Shown here piece after piece: positions 23,743 to 37,309 of a DNA stretch of 64,000 nt. Made by a program: the position numbers and the translations under genes. The DNA lies in assembly GCA_013239625.1 (NCBI GenBank), contig MU053881.1, forward strand, positions 3,927,957-3,991,956. The letters are read 5' to 3'. The DNA comes from Lama guanicoe (lineage: Eukaryota). The notes under the pieces are model-generated. The model did no database searches, was not told the DNA's origin, and saw only the letters and a program-made list of their open reading frames with translations. Each line of letters starts with the position of its first letter. The first letter of the stretch is position 1.

Positions 23743-23866
23743 TTTCTCCTTTTTTTTTTTTTTTTTTGGGGGGGGGGGAGGAGGTACTGGGGATTGAACC
23801 CAGGACCTCATGCATGCTAAGCACATGTTCTACCACTGAGTTATCCTGTCCCCACCCCACCCCACC
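23743..23866 (-). mobile_element. tRNA-Ala-derived camelid SINE (Vic-1 type, short form) with 13-bp TSD
   Basis: ggaggtactggggattgaacccaggacctcatgcatgctaagcacatgttctaccactgag; TSD ccaggggctttct (23730-23742) / ccagggactttct (23867-23879). Confidence 0.9.
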
Positions 23867-25564
23867 CCAGGGACTTTCTCAAAGACGGGAAGATCAGTCT
23901 GGGAGAGTGGTCACTGGGGTCCTGTCTGCTGACTAAACTGGGGCTGTTCCGGGGGATGGAATCAGGAGACAAGAATTCAAAATAGGCCAAGGTGTCACCA
24001 TAAAGTGGCAAGGCAGAGTTTCAGATCCCTTAAGCAAGGCAGTTTATGGGTAAAAGGTCTGTCCAGACTATAAATTTGCAAGTTTATTGACAGATCCATA
24101 ATGTCTTCAGTGCCCCAGTCCACAGCTTCTACTGCCGTGAGGCCACGCTGAAAGAAACATAAGAATTTCAAAGTATCTTCAACTTTGAACCCAGGGCTAT
24201 TGGATTTCCTTTGGCTGCAAAGCCAATCTCAATCACTTTACCCAGGAAAACCTGTGCCTGAGAAAATATCCCCAAACCAGTTGAGTCCTTATTACCAGAC
24301 TTGCCTCTGATGAGGTGAAAAACCAGTTGGAATTGGAGCCTTTCAGACTGTGTTTGACAATTGAACCTTTACGTTTCAGCTTAAAACACCGAAGGGAAAA
24401 GAGGGGAAAAAAAACAGATGTCTTTCTCAAAAAAAAAAAAGGAGAGAGAAAGAAAAAACACACCACCCTAACCTCAACTTTATTTGCATTTTATCCATTT
24501 TATATATTTCATTTTATAAAAACAGTCAAGCCCCAACCACAAGATTTCATAGATAAGAAGAAAAAGCCGGACTTTGCTTAATTCAATATTTTAGAGAAAT
24601 GCTCTTATGGGCAGTGAGTCCGGCATCCCAGCCAGACCGAGACTGCTGACGACTCTGAAAAATGTGACTGTGATTCACACTGGGACACCACATCTCATAA
24701 CACACCGTGTGTGCAAGGGGCTGTAATTACGAAATGTTTGCATTAAGCAACGTGGGTGCCGAAACACAGATGTTCCTCATTGACTGTAATTGGACCTGAC
24801 GTGGCTTTGGCCTGCGTTGTAACAGTTGCCGGAACACGCAGCCCACTTCAGCGTGGTCCTCTGAAGGCCTCTGTTTCATATCGCCTTTATTGGGGGGTGG
24901 GGAGAGGTGCTGGGGTCGGGAGAGGATTCGTTAACGCTGCGCCCTGGTCTGTCCCAGAGCTGGGTGAAAAATGCCTTTCAGTCTGCTTTGAGGGGCACCC
25001 TTCTTGGGAGCTGACTGTGCAATTTCTCTTTTTATTTAAAAGGGAAGATTCTTCTCTGATGTCCCCTCCTCCCCCACGAAGACTGAGTGAAGGTGTCATT
25101 TGTTTTCATGCTACTTCGTAATGTGTCCAAGATGTGCTGTCTTCAGAAAAGCATCAGCAGAGAAGGCCCCTCTCGGAAGCTCTGGGCTCCCTCTGCCCAC
25201 TGGCCCCCACTCCGCTACATACACTTGGACTCCTCAGAGGCGAAAGGTCATCCTTGCAGAAGTGTTAATGATCGACACACGCTTACTACGCACCTACAGC
25301 GCGCAAACTCTGCTGTGAATAGAAAACTAAGATAAATACAAGCAGACTGGCTGTGGCTTCATTTGCAGGGACTTGTTTTCTGTTCTTTGGAAAGAAAGGG
25401 ATGAGAGCGTTGGTTGAACTTCTCTTCTGCACCAGGCAATGTTCAGAAGGTCACAAAGACCCTCTAAGTTCAAGGGCTGGGGGGCAGATCATCTCCCCCA
25501 TTCAGTGACAGGAGTGACAATGGCACATTAGAAGAAGGGCCTTTCAGGTGGAGAGAGTGAAGAC

Positions 25565-25800
25565 AAGGGGCTCAAAGGATGGGCTCTAGAATCACACTGC
25601 CAGAGATCACCCAGCTTAACCACTGGGATACATGACCTGGGCAATAGGGTCCTCAATTTCCTCACCAGTAAAAGGAACTCTAATTGTATAAAGCCTGCAA
25701 GGATTTGGGGGGATGATATAAATGAGTTGGTGCACATAAAGCCTTTATTGCAGTGTTTGCCATATAGAAAAAAGTAAGTGCTCAAAGCTGTCCTCAATGT
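25565..25800 (+). mobile_element. MIR SINE, near full length
   Basis: gggctctagaatcacactgcc...tgacctgggcaa...cctcaatttcctcacc...gtaagtgctcaa. Confidence 0.8.
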
Positions 25801-26239
25801 TAAAATTTCATCCTGAAAAATATTGTGAAATATCCTTGAAGGCATCGATCTATCTCCCTCTCTCTTTATGTGTAAGTACATGTCTGTCTGTCTACCTATT
25901 TGTTGAGCCTCAAGGAAAGATTTGACTCTTCTGGTAAAAGAAGAAATCACCACCTATATACTGATTTAAAATTAATGGACCATTAGATTTAAATGAGGCT
26001 TTATTCAAGGCAACATGAAAACACATTTTTACAAAGTAAATGAACCAAGACTTTAATGGCATACAAGAGAGATACAAAGGTTAGACGTGAGAGCAGTAAT
26101 CATACAACGTAGGCTACATGGAAAGATGCGGTCAGGCCACCTTGGTTTGGTAACTTTTTTTGCAAGGTCAACCATCCATCCATTGACTCTCCCTGCACTC
26201 CTGTCTTCCTCACAGTTCTGCCCTTTGACCCTTCTCTTC

Positions 26240-26730
26240 TATATATCTATTGTTGGCTAAGAAACCACCCCAAACTTAATGATCAGTGACACCAACAGTC
26301 ATTTATTTTGCTCTGCCATTTGGGTAGAGCTCAGTAGGGGTCAGCTCTTTTCTGCTCCTCCTGGTGTCAACTGGGGCAGCTGAAAGGCTGGGGTGACTCA
26401 GAGACAAGGGGCTGGGGTCTTCCGGAGACTCACGCACACTCCTGTCCTGTGGTTGGCGCTGGCCTGTCTGTGTGGCTGCCTAACTTCCTTGCAAGATGGC
26501 AACTGGGTTCCAAGAGCAAGCATCACAGGAGAGCAAGAAAAAGAACACTGCATTTTTTAACCTCACCTTGAAAGCCACAGTGTCGTGTCAACCATATTCC
26601 ACTGGGTGAGGCAGTCACATAGGTTCAAAGGGAGGGAATATAAACTCCACCACTCAGTGATAGTAATGACAATGGCACACTGGAAGAAGAGCCAATGGGA
26701 TGGGTTCTTTTGAAAATACAAGTTATCATG
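26240..26730 (-). mobile_element. MLT1H-like MaLR LTR
   Basis: aaaccaccccaaacttaatg...catttattttgctc...tcaactggggcagct...ggttcaaagggagggaatataaactccacc. Confidence 0.7.
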
Positions 26731-27644
26731 TCTTCCTATTTTAGACAGACTTAAAAAAAATTTATTTTCAATTCCGAATCTTTAGACCTGAAGCTGTATG
26801 TGTTTCCAGGACATTCTTACTTTGTTTTCTGTTCAACAAGCACTTTTTGGAAATCCTTGCCACTGAGCTCACTGTCTAGTGAGACAAGCAGATGAGTAAA
26901 CAGATGACAAAACAATAGGTTGTAAGTGCTTAATTGGGGGAAATCAGAGATGACTCAAAGATGAAGTTCTGCACACATCACTCCAGAAGTACAAACCATG
27001 TAACAGCCCCAGGGGCACATATCCTGGAAATGGCAGAGCCAAGGTTCATAGTCAGGTCTGTTTGATGTCAAAAGCCTGTATCATTAACCCCAGAAAGTCA
27101 AGCAGGGTTCTCACCTCCACCATCAGCTTCCAGGCTCTTTGAAGCTAATGAAGTGACACTGAAGACCGTCTATGTGAAGACAGGTGAGCGCCTATCCCTC
27201 TGTCTCCTACCCATTTCTGCCTTCCACCCCCATGTATACATAAGGAAACCAAGCCAGAAGCAGTTACCATTGGAAAATCCAAGGAAACTTAGGCATGGAA
27301 GCTTTGGTTACCATGTTGCTTATGGATGAGGAATGGTGTGTAGAGTCTGGTGCTTTGCCAAAATCAAATGCTGATAAATGACTTTGCTCACGAGGGAGAA
27401 GTCACGTTTGCTATTAAGACTCTGCCCAAATAAAATGAAAGGAGTCTTGCCGTTGAAGCAATGAACTGAATGATCATTATTATTCCGAGGAAGGTGGGCA
27501 AATCTCTTTAACCAGGTATTACAGGCAGACTTTTGGACTGGATGATCTGACTCATTGACTCAGTTCTCCATTTTGTTTGAAATATACAGATAAACTCTTC
27601 CTATACCCACAAAGATAGAGTGGAGGACTGAGGCAATTTTCTAG

Positions 27645-28760
27645 TAATTTCAGCAACAATTAATGTACCTATTTGACAAATATTTACCAAATGTCCAAAT
27701 ATGTGCTAAAGACGGTCAGTGGTAGGGACTGAAGATGGAGCAATAGTAAAAGCACAGCCACCTTCTCCAAGTTTTCAGTTTGTTCGTCTGTTCACTAGAC
27801 CTGTTTCATTTCCTCCTGGGTGCACAGCTGGACTCTTTCCCATTCTGCCTTGCAGCTGGAAGAGCCAAAGGAATGTGAATGGAAGAGATCTGTGCCCCTT
27901 CAAAGCTTGCTCTGTAAAATTTACTCCATGCTTCTCTACCCCATCTCTTTCACTGTCTGCTGACTGGGTGTCTATACCCAGGGTGGACCTGGAAGCCAAC
28001 GGTTGCAGAAGGCAGGGCTTTTGTAAGTTGGGTCCTTGAATGACTGATATGCCTGGAGTGAATCACCCTCCTGGCTCTGCCTGTTGCTTAGAATTTACAG
28101 GAACAAGAAATACATTTCTGTTGTATTAAGCCACTGAGATCTGGGGGTGCATCTGCTGAAGTAGTTAGCACTACCTTAGTAAATTCTCTTGACAGTTGCC
28201 AGGCAGTTAGGAAAGCATTGTAATGTGGGTATATGCCAGACTTGGTGGAATTAATGAGGAGTGGAATTGCCTCCTTTTGAAATCCAAAGGTGTGAACAAT
28301 TTTTTGTCAAGTTGAAGGAGTCGCTGGGTGTTAGAGGAGAAGGTGTGTCAGAGAAGATGCCCCAAAAGAAAAGACGACATCTGAAATGCACCTTGAAGAG
28401 GGAATCGTATAGTTTCAGGCAGTGAGTGAGGGAAGGGCGTTGTGAGCAGAGGGAACAGCCTATGCACGGACTTTGAGTCTGAAAGTGCATGACCTGGTCA
28501 GGAAATGACAAGCCTTCTCTCAGGACTGGAGTTAAATCTGTCAGGTTGACACAGGAGGGGAAGCGGTTAGGAAAAGAAATTGGGACTGTGTGATGCAGAG
28601 TGATGAACGGCATGGTAGAACCTAATGAGAAGGCAGTGAAAAGTTAAGATAGCAAAGAGCGGGGATAAATGAGATGGGCTCTTTGCCTCAGTAAGATAAC
28701 ACTTGTATCAGGGTAGCTTGGAATAAAATAGAAAGAAACTGGAGACAAAGAGCTCAAATC
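27645..28760 (-). mobile_element. L2 LINE fragment interrupted by an MLT1 LTR
   Basis: atttgacaaatatttacc tail near 27670; body gacatctgaaatgcaccttgaag...gcagagggaacagcctatgca at 28375-28470. Confidence 0.6.
27755..28185 (+). mobile_element. MLT1J-like MaLR LTR
   Basis: ttcctcctgggtgcacagctggact...gggtccttgaatgactg...ttctgttgtattaagccactgagatctggggg. Confidence 0.7.
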
Positions 28761-29480
28761 ACTGACAGGTATTTAAATTATCTTAATTCAGCACTTTACT
28801 TTTTCCATGCCTACATGTCTACAAGACAGAAAATGATTTTACAATTCAGTTAAATTGAGGAGTGAGTGGGAATGGTCAATTCAATATTTTAAACCAACTA
28901 CAGAAAATTGTTTGGCACAACGTTAGCAAGATGTTTTGATTTGTGGGTGGTTAAACTTAACCCTCGTTGAGTCAGTATTTTATCAACTCTTTGGCAAAGC
29001 ATAATTTCATGTTTTTGAGAAAAATGGGCCTTGCGACTTTCACATGAAACTGGAGGATTTCTTGGCCATCCAATAGTTCTTGTTAACTTGAGTTGCAATA
29101 CTTTTAGGTAAAGGAATTGAAAACATTTAAATCAAATTTCCTTTTGAAGAGACATCAACTTTAAAATGATGGGAAAAGTGGATTGGCAAAAAATGTGAGA
29201 AGGGACTTGGTGGACTAAAATTATTTGGGGGGAAAAACAGATATTTTGAAAAGTTCATGGTGAAAGCAAAACATAAGAGAGTTCACCTAAGTCCCGATCC
29301 AAATGGCAAGAAATCCAACCCTGAGACCACCACTTCTCCTTGAATTTCAGTATCGTCTGTATCCCAAAGGTAAGTCTCATGATTTTGATCAGTTGGAACT
29401 GATTTTTCTCACCTACTCTTCCCTGTGGTGGAGGATTAGCAGCCAAGCAAAAATCCCCCTTTTTTTTTTTTGAGACTCTC

Positions 29481-30025
29481 TCTGGTTAGCAGCCTCCAAG
29501 GTGGCCTCCAATGGTCCCCCTCTCCTGGTTCACACCCTTGTGCAGTCCCCCCTCCCATTGTACCAGGGTTATCTGTGTGACTGATAGCAGATGGTGAGGA
29601 CAGGTCACTTCAGAGATTAGGTCATAAAAGACGATGGCTTCCAACTTGGGGACTGGTTGTCTGGCTGTCCCCTCGGACTACTTACTCTAAGGGAAGCAAG
29701 GGGCCATGTTGTTGGCATGCCTATGGACAGATCCATGGGGCAAGGAATCTGACAGCCAGTGAGGAGCACTCAGGGAAGAGCGACTGCCGGCAATAAGCAA
29801 TGTGAATGAACTTGACAGAAGATCCTACACCCCGGTTGAGTCTTCAGATGACTGCAGCCCAGCCAACAGCTTCACTGCAACCTCATGAGAAACACTGAAC
29901 CAGAACCACCCTGCTAAGGTACTCTGGATTCCTGACTCTTGGACACTGTGAGCTAATAAATGTTTGTTGTTTTAAGCTTCTAGATTCTCAGGTAATTTGT
30001 TTTACAGCAATATGTAACTAATACA
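29481..30025 (+). mobile_element. MLT1F-like MaLR solo LTR, full length
   Basis: starts tctggttagcagcctccaaggtggcc, has aataaatgtttgttgttttaagc, ends cagcaatatgtaactaataca; flanks ctctc / ccctc fit a 5-bp TSD with one mismatch. Confidence 0.85.
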
Positions 30026-30349
30026 CCCTCTGTTATGAAAGTTTTTTTTTTAAACATTAACATGGTCTGATTTTTCCATCAGACCCAGCCCTTGTTTCTT
30101 TGTGTAAGTTTATTGAATGCAGGACTGTCTACCAGTGAGTCAGGGTGGAAAAAATATATGTTCCAGGTGTACTCCATGGTTAAACCAATGCGCTTTACTT
30201 TTCTAACTTTTGAATTGGATTATTTCATTAACTTTTCTTCTGTTTTCTAATATCTGTGTTTAAGTCTGTAAATCTCCTTCTGACACTTTAGCTACAGCCC
30301 ACATAATTTAGTAATAATATTTTCATTATCCATTATAAGTATTTAGTAA

Positions 30350-30740
30350 TGTTCATTATAATTTCACCTTTGACAAATTATTTCCAAGGGATTTTTTAAA
30401 TTTTCAAAATGTGTGTGTTGCATGCATGTATGTATATATATACATATACATATATATTGCTTTTAGTTTTGAATTTTATTGCATTGTGGTTAAAGGGTTA
30501 TCCCCCTATGATATTGATTTAGTATTTGTGAGGTTTCCTTTGGGCTGCTAAATGGTTGCAAATATTCCATGTGGCTATGAAATACCTACCCGTTCTGTTC
30601 TTGGATGCAAATTTTTACATATGTTCAAGCTTGTGTGTGTGTCCTTGTTGGTCAAATCTTCATACAGTTCTTAATTTTTTCTTTTTGATCTTTCCATTTC
30701 TGAGAAGTATCTTAAAATTTACATAATGGTTATAAACTTG
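30350..30740 (-). mobile_element. ancient L1M ORF2 fragment
   Basis: aattttattgcattgtggtt...gcaaatattccatgtg...ttccatttctgagaag resembles antisense old L1 endonuclease region. Confidence 0.55.
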
Positions 30741-32769
30741 TCGATTACATTTATAAAGTTCTTTCCTGATTGAGAAAAAGCATATTCTTTCATTTAAACT
30801 TGACTATGCTAAAAATCATTACTGAAGTTCACATGGTTGTGCATTTTATTAAACAGAAGCCTAGAAAGAGACTGAGATTTGTTATGGGGAGGGGAACCTC
30901 ACTCCTCAAATCTTCTGGGGTGAAAATACACCATTTCAGTCTTCTGAATCTCCTTATCCAGAGAAAATTTCCTTTACCTGCCCCGATCTCATAGAATTAA
31001 ATGTTAATTGATTTGAATTACATAATCATTAATATTTGGAACAATAATCTAGAGGCCAAAAAAGATAATGAATCATCGTTGTATTATTAACAGTGATTTT
31101 TACACAAGACAAGAAAATTCAATTAATGAAAAACTCCATACCCAGATACTCTGGTTTCCCGTGACTGTATCACACACCAGTGAAAAACAACTGTTGAACA
31201 AAAATAGTGCTAATTCCACGATATTGGTCATTTACTTTTAACAAGATTCTATACAACAAATTTTAGCCTAATAATGAATAGGTTTGGCATTTAACGCTTA
31301 TTTCAATAAAATCCGACTCTCAATATCATTCTTATGGTGTTTTATTATTATTACTACTGCTGTTGTGCAGAGGAATAATAATGATCAGTTCTTCTTTATT
31401 ACTAAAATCTTTTTTATTTCTGAGGGAGTCAAGCTCCCCACCTCCTTTCTCTGCTGCAGGACCCCAATATGAGCTCCATGAGGTGGGCGCTGGTCTTCTT
31501 TATCTATTCCTGTATCCCTAGCCTCTAGAGCTGTGTGTGCTGAATGCATGTCACTTAAAGATTTGAGTGACTGAAGGTTTAAACACATGTCTTACCCAGA
31601 CCACTTGTGCCTGGTTTTACAGGCTGGACACATGGCAGTTGTTTTGACAGCTCTTGGTACAGGAAGGTCCTGGCATCATGCGCCTCACCGCAGCATCCAC
31701 AGGACCCAGCTCCAGGACTGGCAGGGCGAGGACCAGGGGAAACAGAAAAGGCTGTTTCAAGTGAAGAAAGTGAAGCCCTAATTATCTTGAAACAAGTCGT
31801 CAAACAGAGAACAAATGGTGATTATCCCCAAATAAGAGGCCTCCTCTCCAGGCCTCTAATTTACGGGAACCATAACATGATCTGGTTTCTTCAGGGTCCT
31901 TGAAAAGAGGCTTTGTTCACCTGGGTGACATAACCCCAAGGGAAGGGCACACAGGAACGAGCCAAACCATTACAAATCAAAGAACCAAAGCAGAAAAGGA
32001 AAACTGGACAGCCTCTGGAATTAACCACGGGCGTCACTCACCCTGGACCACTGGCATCCTCAGAGCCTGGCTGTCGGCCTCGGGGGACTGCCTCCTCTTC
32101 CCTCGGAGCCCACCAAGTGGCTGCCTTGCTCATCCAATGTCCCTGCCGCACACCTGACCTGGTGCTGGCTGCCCCCTGCTAGCTCACTGTCTGCTCACGT
32201 GGGAGAATGGACACAAAGATTTATTTTTAAAAGGCAATTTCAACTCTTCAGTCAATAGGCACTTCTTGAGCACAGAAAATAATTAGAAGGGGCCTGGATT
32301 CCAGACTCAGTCAGAACTGAGCTCTTGCAATCCTGCTTCTGCTGGAGAACAAATTCACCCCCCGTGCCTCAGTTTCCCAGTTTTAATACGGGGAGCACAG
32401 AAGGCCCAATCTCATGGTGGTGCTGTGAAGATTTAAGAGCTGGTGCCTGTAAACCCCTTGGCACAGTGCCCAGGACATGGTTGTAAACGGTGGGTACCAG
32501 GCTGAGTTATCCAGCCAATCATCTCTGTCCAGAGACCATCTCAGTACTTCCCTGACTCTAAGGGGCCCATGTGGAAGGAAAGCAGAGGAAAAGAAGCTCC
32601 CCACTCCTTCTTCTGCAGACTTTTTATGGAGCCTGGGAATGCTTTGGACCCATTCAACAGAGTTTATGGGCTCCCACCAACTGAAGGTCAAGTAAAGTCC
32701 ACTGTAAAGGCTTTTACCCAAGAAAGTGAAGTTGGCTGGCTGAAGACAAAGGATCACAATGAATGACAA

Positions 32770-32990
32770 ATGCTCTGAAGACAGGAAGATTAAGGTCCTA
32801 ACCCCAGCTCTGCACTTTACCATACTGTGCCACCTTGGGCAACATAATGTGCCTCTCTGAGCCTCAGTTTCCTCATCTGTAGAATGGGGATGATGATATT
32901 TATCTCTTGGTTTGCGAAGAATTGAACAAAGCTAATGGTTGCAAAATGCCCAGGATGGTCTCTGATCTAGAATAAGTGGTCAGTGAATGA
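32770..32990 (+). mobile_element. MIR SINE
   Basis: ccttgggcaa...cctctctgagcctcagtttcctcatctgtagaatggggatgatgata. Confidence 0.9.
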
Positions 32991-34001
32991 ATTTCTTACC
33001 TTAAGATATAAAGAGGTACAAACTTAACTCCGAATCAAGGCTTGCTGAACAAAAAGTAGAAGCATGTAGGATTCCTGAGTCAACAGGAAAACAATGTTTT
33101 ACTTGTCATTCATATCCCAGGTGCCCTAGCACAGACTAGGGACTTAGTAAGTATTGGCCCAGTCAACTGTTGGCTCTCCTAGTAACTTAGGCTTGTCCAT
33201 CTCCTCCCTGGGCCTCAGTTTCCCTATCTTGCAGCAAGATGGTGATCTCTATAAGGACGCTTCAGTTTTGAATGATTCTGATCTAGTGTCTTAACTGATC
33301 TGTAGGTGCATGGGTGCACACAACCATGCGTAACAGTTACAAAATTCAACAACGGAGCAAGCCCTCTCTCACGGCTCCAAACTAAAAACCAGGGAGCAAC
33401 TCAAGTTCTCTTGAAATGTAGATCTGACTGCTGATAACAACTAGATTCTAAATAGAGACTTCTAGATCCACATTCTTTACGAAGCGCTCTAGGGGAAATG
33501 GATGCGATAAACCTGAGCAGGGGGCAGGGTGGGCATGTGAGGATCTGTTAGAATTTTGTAAAATGCAAATGAGACCATCAGGGTCTCAGCTCCTAAATCA
33601 AGTTACAACAGCTTCCGACACTCCCTTCCCGGCTCTGGTCTCCCCTGCTCCCTAACTATGACTGTGTCATGGTAATTCAGTGGCAACAGCCACCTAACTT
33701 ACTGGAGGACTTAGTAACAGAGAGCCTTTTCCAGAGACAGAAGGCCCTTCTCTCCTACTTCTCCGTGCACACCCAGTGCCGTGCATCCTACCCGCCCTCT
33801 GTTCCTCTAAGTCCCCCTGGAGCCTTCTGGGACTGGTCCCTGGGACTCAGGAAGCACCTGAAGGTGCTTGGCACTGCAGAGCATGGGCAGTGTGAACAGG
33901 TGGGGAAATAAGCCTAACTCCTAAAATTCTAGAAAGTGGTGAGAAATAGATGAGGAATGTTGGGGAGAAATGTGAGGTCCATCTTGGCTCCTATCCCAGC
34001 T

Positions 34002-34324
34002 CCACTGGGTGGCTAAGACAACAGACATTTATCTCTCATAGTTCTGGAGGCTGAAGAGTCTAAGACGAAGGTGTTGGCTGCTTCTGTTCTTGGGGAGAGC
34101 TCCCTTCCTGGCTTGCGGACGTCTTCTTGCTGTGTCATCACTTAATGGAGAGAGTGAGAACATGTTCTTTGATCTCTTCTTATAAGAGCACTGACTCCAT
34201 CATGAGGACCCCATCTTCATGACCTAATGACCCCCTACAGTCCTCAACTGCAAATACCATCACATTGGGAGTTAGGGCTTCAAGATGTGAATGGGGAGTG
34301 GGGTGCACAATTCAGTCCATAGCT
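34002..34324 (-). mobile_element. MLT1A/A0-like MaLR LTR
   Basis: caacagacatttatctctcatagttctggaggctg...aaataccatcacattgggagttagggcttcaa...caattcagtccatagc. Confidence 0.85.
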
Positions 34325-34800
34325 GCCCCTCATTGAATCCCTTCCCACATCCTCCCCACTTTCAATTCATTCTCCTGGGCATCCAAAGAAAGCTTCTAAC
34401 TCATTCCCCAGTTTAAAACCCTTCAGTGACTCAGTTGCCTTAAGGATCAAGTACAAATTCCTTAGCCTAGCCCATAAGGGCCTGCATGGTCTGCCCCACA
34501 CCTACGTCCAGCCCCGGCTCCCCAGCCTCCTCTCTGGACACCGCCTGCTCACAGCCCAGACCCTCCCTCAGCTTCCCAGCCTGTCACGTCTGTGTGATGT
34601 GCTCCTGCTGCCTGCTCGCCCCACCCCGCCTCTTATCCCATGTTCCTACAGTGACTTACTTAATTGCCTGCCTTCTCCACCAGACAAGAAGCTCCTTAAG
34701 GCCAAGGGACTGGTCTCATTCATTATCAGAGCCTCAGCACCTAGCAAAGTGCCAAGTTCATGGCAGGTGCTCAATAAGCAATTGTTGACTGACTGGATAA
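34325..34800 (+). mobile_element. L2 LINE 3' part
   Basis: tttaaaacccttcagtgactc...aaattccttagcctagc...cagcacctagcaaagtgcc...ggtgctcaataag. Confidence 0.8.
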
Positions 34801-35134
34801 AATGTGGTCCTAAGCCGGCTATTTAACCCCTCTCTGGGCCTCAGATTCTTCTTCTGTAAAACCAGGACTGGGGTGAGGATGAAACGAGGGGATAGGGTAA
34901 AGAAGCCACCAGCCTGGTGCCTGACACTTGACATCGTTTTTGCCCCAAGTTCTCACTGGAAAGCCCAGACTCACACGTGTGACTTGAGTGCAAGACAGGA
35001 TAAAGCTGAGGACTGTGTAGCCTGGACACTAAGAGGTTCAGAGAAGGTTTTCTGGAGTTGGTTGGATCTGTGGGGAGGCCAACCCATTACTGGTGTCTAT
35101 TGGGTTCCTACCCCACACCGTTTCTCACATTAAA

Positions 35135-35835
35135 AATTTTTTTATTGTGGCAAAATATATGTAAAATTCACCATTTTAGCCTTTCATTCAATTCAGTGCA
35201 TTAAGTACATTCACATTTTTGTGTAACCATCACTGCCATCCATCCACAGGACTTCCTCATCCTCTCAGACGGAAACTCTGTCCACATTAAACAATCCACC
35301 CAGCCCCTGGTAACACCACTCCACTGTCTGTCTCCATGAATTTCGCTACTCTATGTGCCTCATGTAAGTGGAATCATACAATAGTTGTCTTTTTGTAACT
35401 GGCTTATTTCACTGAGCATAATGGCCTCAAGTTTCATCCATCTTGTAGCATGTGTCAGAATACCCTTCCTTTTTATCACTGAGTAATATTCCATTGTGTG
35501 TATAGGCCACATTTTGTTTACCCACTTATCCATCAGTGGACATTTGGGTTGCTTCCACTTTTTGGCTATTGTGAATAAAGCTGTTATGAACATGGGTATA
35601 CAAATATGTGTTTGGGAACATGCCTTCGATTCTTTGGGGCGTATACCCAAAAGTGGCATTGCTGAGCCATGTGGCAAGTCTATGTTTAATTTTTTGAGGA
35701 ACCATTATGCTGTTTTCCACAGCAGCTGCACCATGTTACATTTCCACTAACAATGCACAAGGGTTCTGATTTCACCGCAGACTCACAGACACTTGTTATT
35801 TTTGTTTTCTGGTTTTATAACATCCATCCTAATGG
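35135..35835 (-). mobile_element. L1MB-type 3' end with ORF2 C-terminus
   Basis: minus-strand ORF 35360..35677 gives PMFITALFTIAKKWKQPKCPLMDKWVNKMW...MEYYSVIKRK, the L1 ORF2 end. Confidence 0.92.
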
Positions 35836-35889
35836 CATTTCCCAAATTTAAAGCACGACTTTAGCAGTCCTCAAAACCACCATCTCAAT

Positions 35890-36260
35890 TCAGCCAGCAA
35901 GTATTCATTTAGAGCTTCCAATGCGTGGACAGTTGGGATAAAGTAGTGAACAAAACAAATTCCAAATTCCCTTTGCTTGGGATGAGGGGCTGACATTCCC
36001 ACTGGGAGAGAGAAAATGAGCAGATCTGAACAAATAACTAATAACATGTCCAACAGTGACATGTTCTGTGAGCAACAGTAAACCCCAGGGCAAGGGGACA
36101 GGGGGATCTCAGGATGGAGGCGAAGACATAGGGTTTCAGATTGGTCTGTAAAGAGCGCCAGACTCTCTGAGAGGCTGGTTTTTAACTCCATTTGGAAATT
36201 AATGAAACCATACCTTAGGGAGGGTATGTGACTTGGCAAGTTCAGGCAGCTAAGGTGGGA
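35890..36260 (-). mobile_element. L2 LINE fragment
   Basis: agtagtgaacaaaacaaattccaaattccc...gctgacattcc resembles antisense L2 3' region. Confidence 0.6.
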
Positions 36261-36397
36261 ACTCAGCATCAGATGTGCCTTCGAGGCAACTCAGTGAGCT
36301 GCACACTTATGACTTGTGGACTTCTATGTATGTGTGCTATTCTTCAACAAAAAGTTGAAAAATGACCATGTACTAGACCTCAGAATTTGTCATCTTT

Positions 36398-36515
36398 TAT
36401 ATGAAAATGGATATATGTATGTGTATGTCAGACTGAAACATTCTGCTGTCCACCAGAAATGGACACAACATTGTACACAGACTATACTTCAATTTAAAAA
36501 AATTTAAAAAAAAAA
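36398..36515 (+). mobile_element. short L1 3' terminus (camelid type)
   Basis: gactgaaacattctgctgtccaccagaaatggacacaacattgtacacagactatacttcaa plus poly(A); diverged TSD agaatttgtcatcttt / agaactcatcaccttt. Confidence 0.85.
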
Positions 36516-37309
36516 GAACTCATCACCTTTCAAGGACACCATACTGTCTGTCTCCTGCGAATCTAGGAGGATGGAGGGAGTGAAGTCTGGGGTTCAATAG
36601 GCAGAAAGATTCAACTCGAGATGGTGTGGAACCACTGGCTGACCCAGTGGCCAGCTTCCTGGAGGGGCGTCATGGGAGGGGCAGCAGTGAGCTCAGCTCT
36701 TCCCTTAGATCATCTGCTGGGCAGTATCCAGGGTCCAGCTCTTGTCATTTTGCTCTGCTCTGTTGCTGCTGAGTCCAGCCAAAGAGATCTGTTTGCCACA
36801 GACCACTCAGGAGACTACAAACAGCCAAGGGCTTCCCCCTCCGCCTCCAATCCTGCTCCCAGCCGGCATATTTGGCCCAATATCCCTGGGCAAAGCCAGG
36901 GGAGACACGGTTTCCTGAAGAGATGAATCATTGTAAGTGCTGCGAGGTGACAAATGGGGTCAAGGCAGTCACTCAGAAGTTGCAATAAAGTTTGGAATCT
37001 GAAATCGGGGCCTCCTCATGCTCAGGAAATCAAACGGCTGCCCACAAAGGTGTCTGCAGACAGACTCTCTGTGGGTCACCAGCCTGTGCTTATGATGACC
37101 AAATGCCTTGCTCTCTAAAGAGCACTTCTGGCTGCTGCAAATGATTTAACCAGGAGGTCCCCGAGGTTCATGTCACGTTGAAAGATTGACACGGTGACAG
37201 AGGCAGACGTCTAGATAAGTTCTTGTGGTTGGGGTTGGCCCAGGAGTGGGGACAAAATATTAATGAGCCTTTCCTCATTGTAGAACCAACTGGAGCGTCA
37301 GACTCTATA

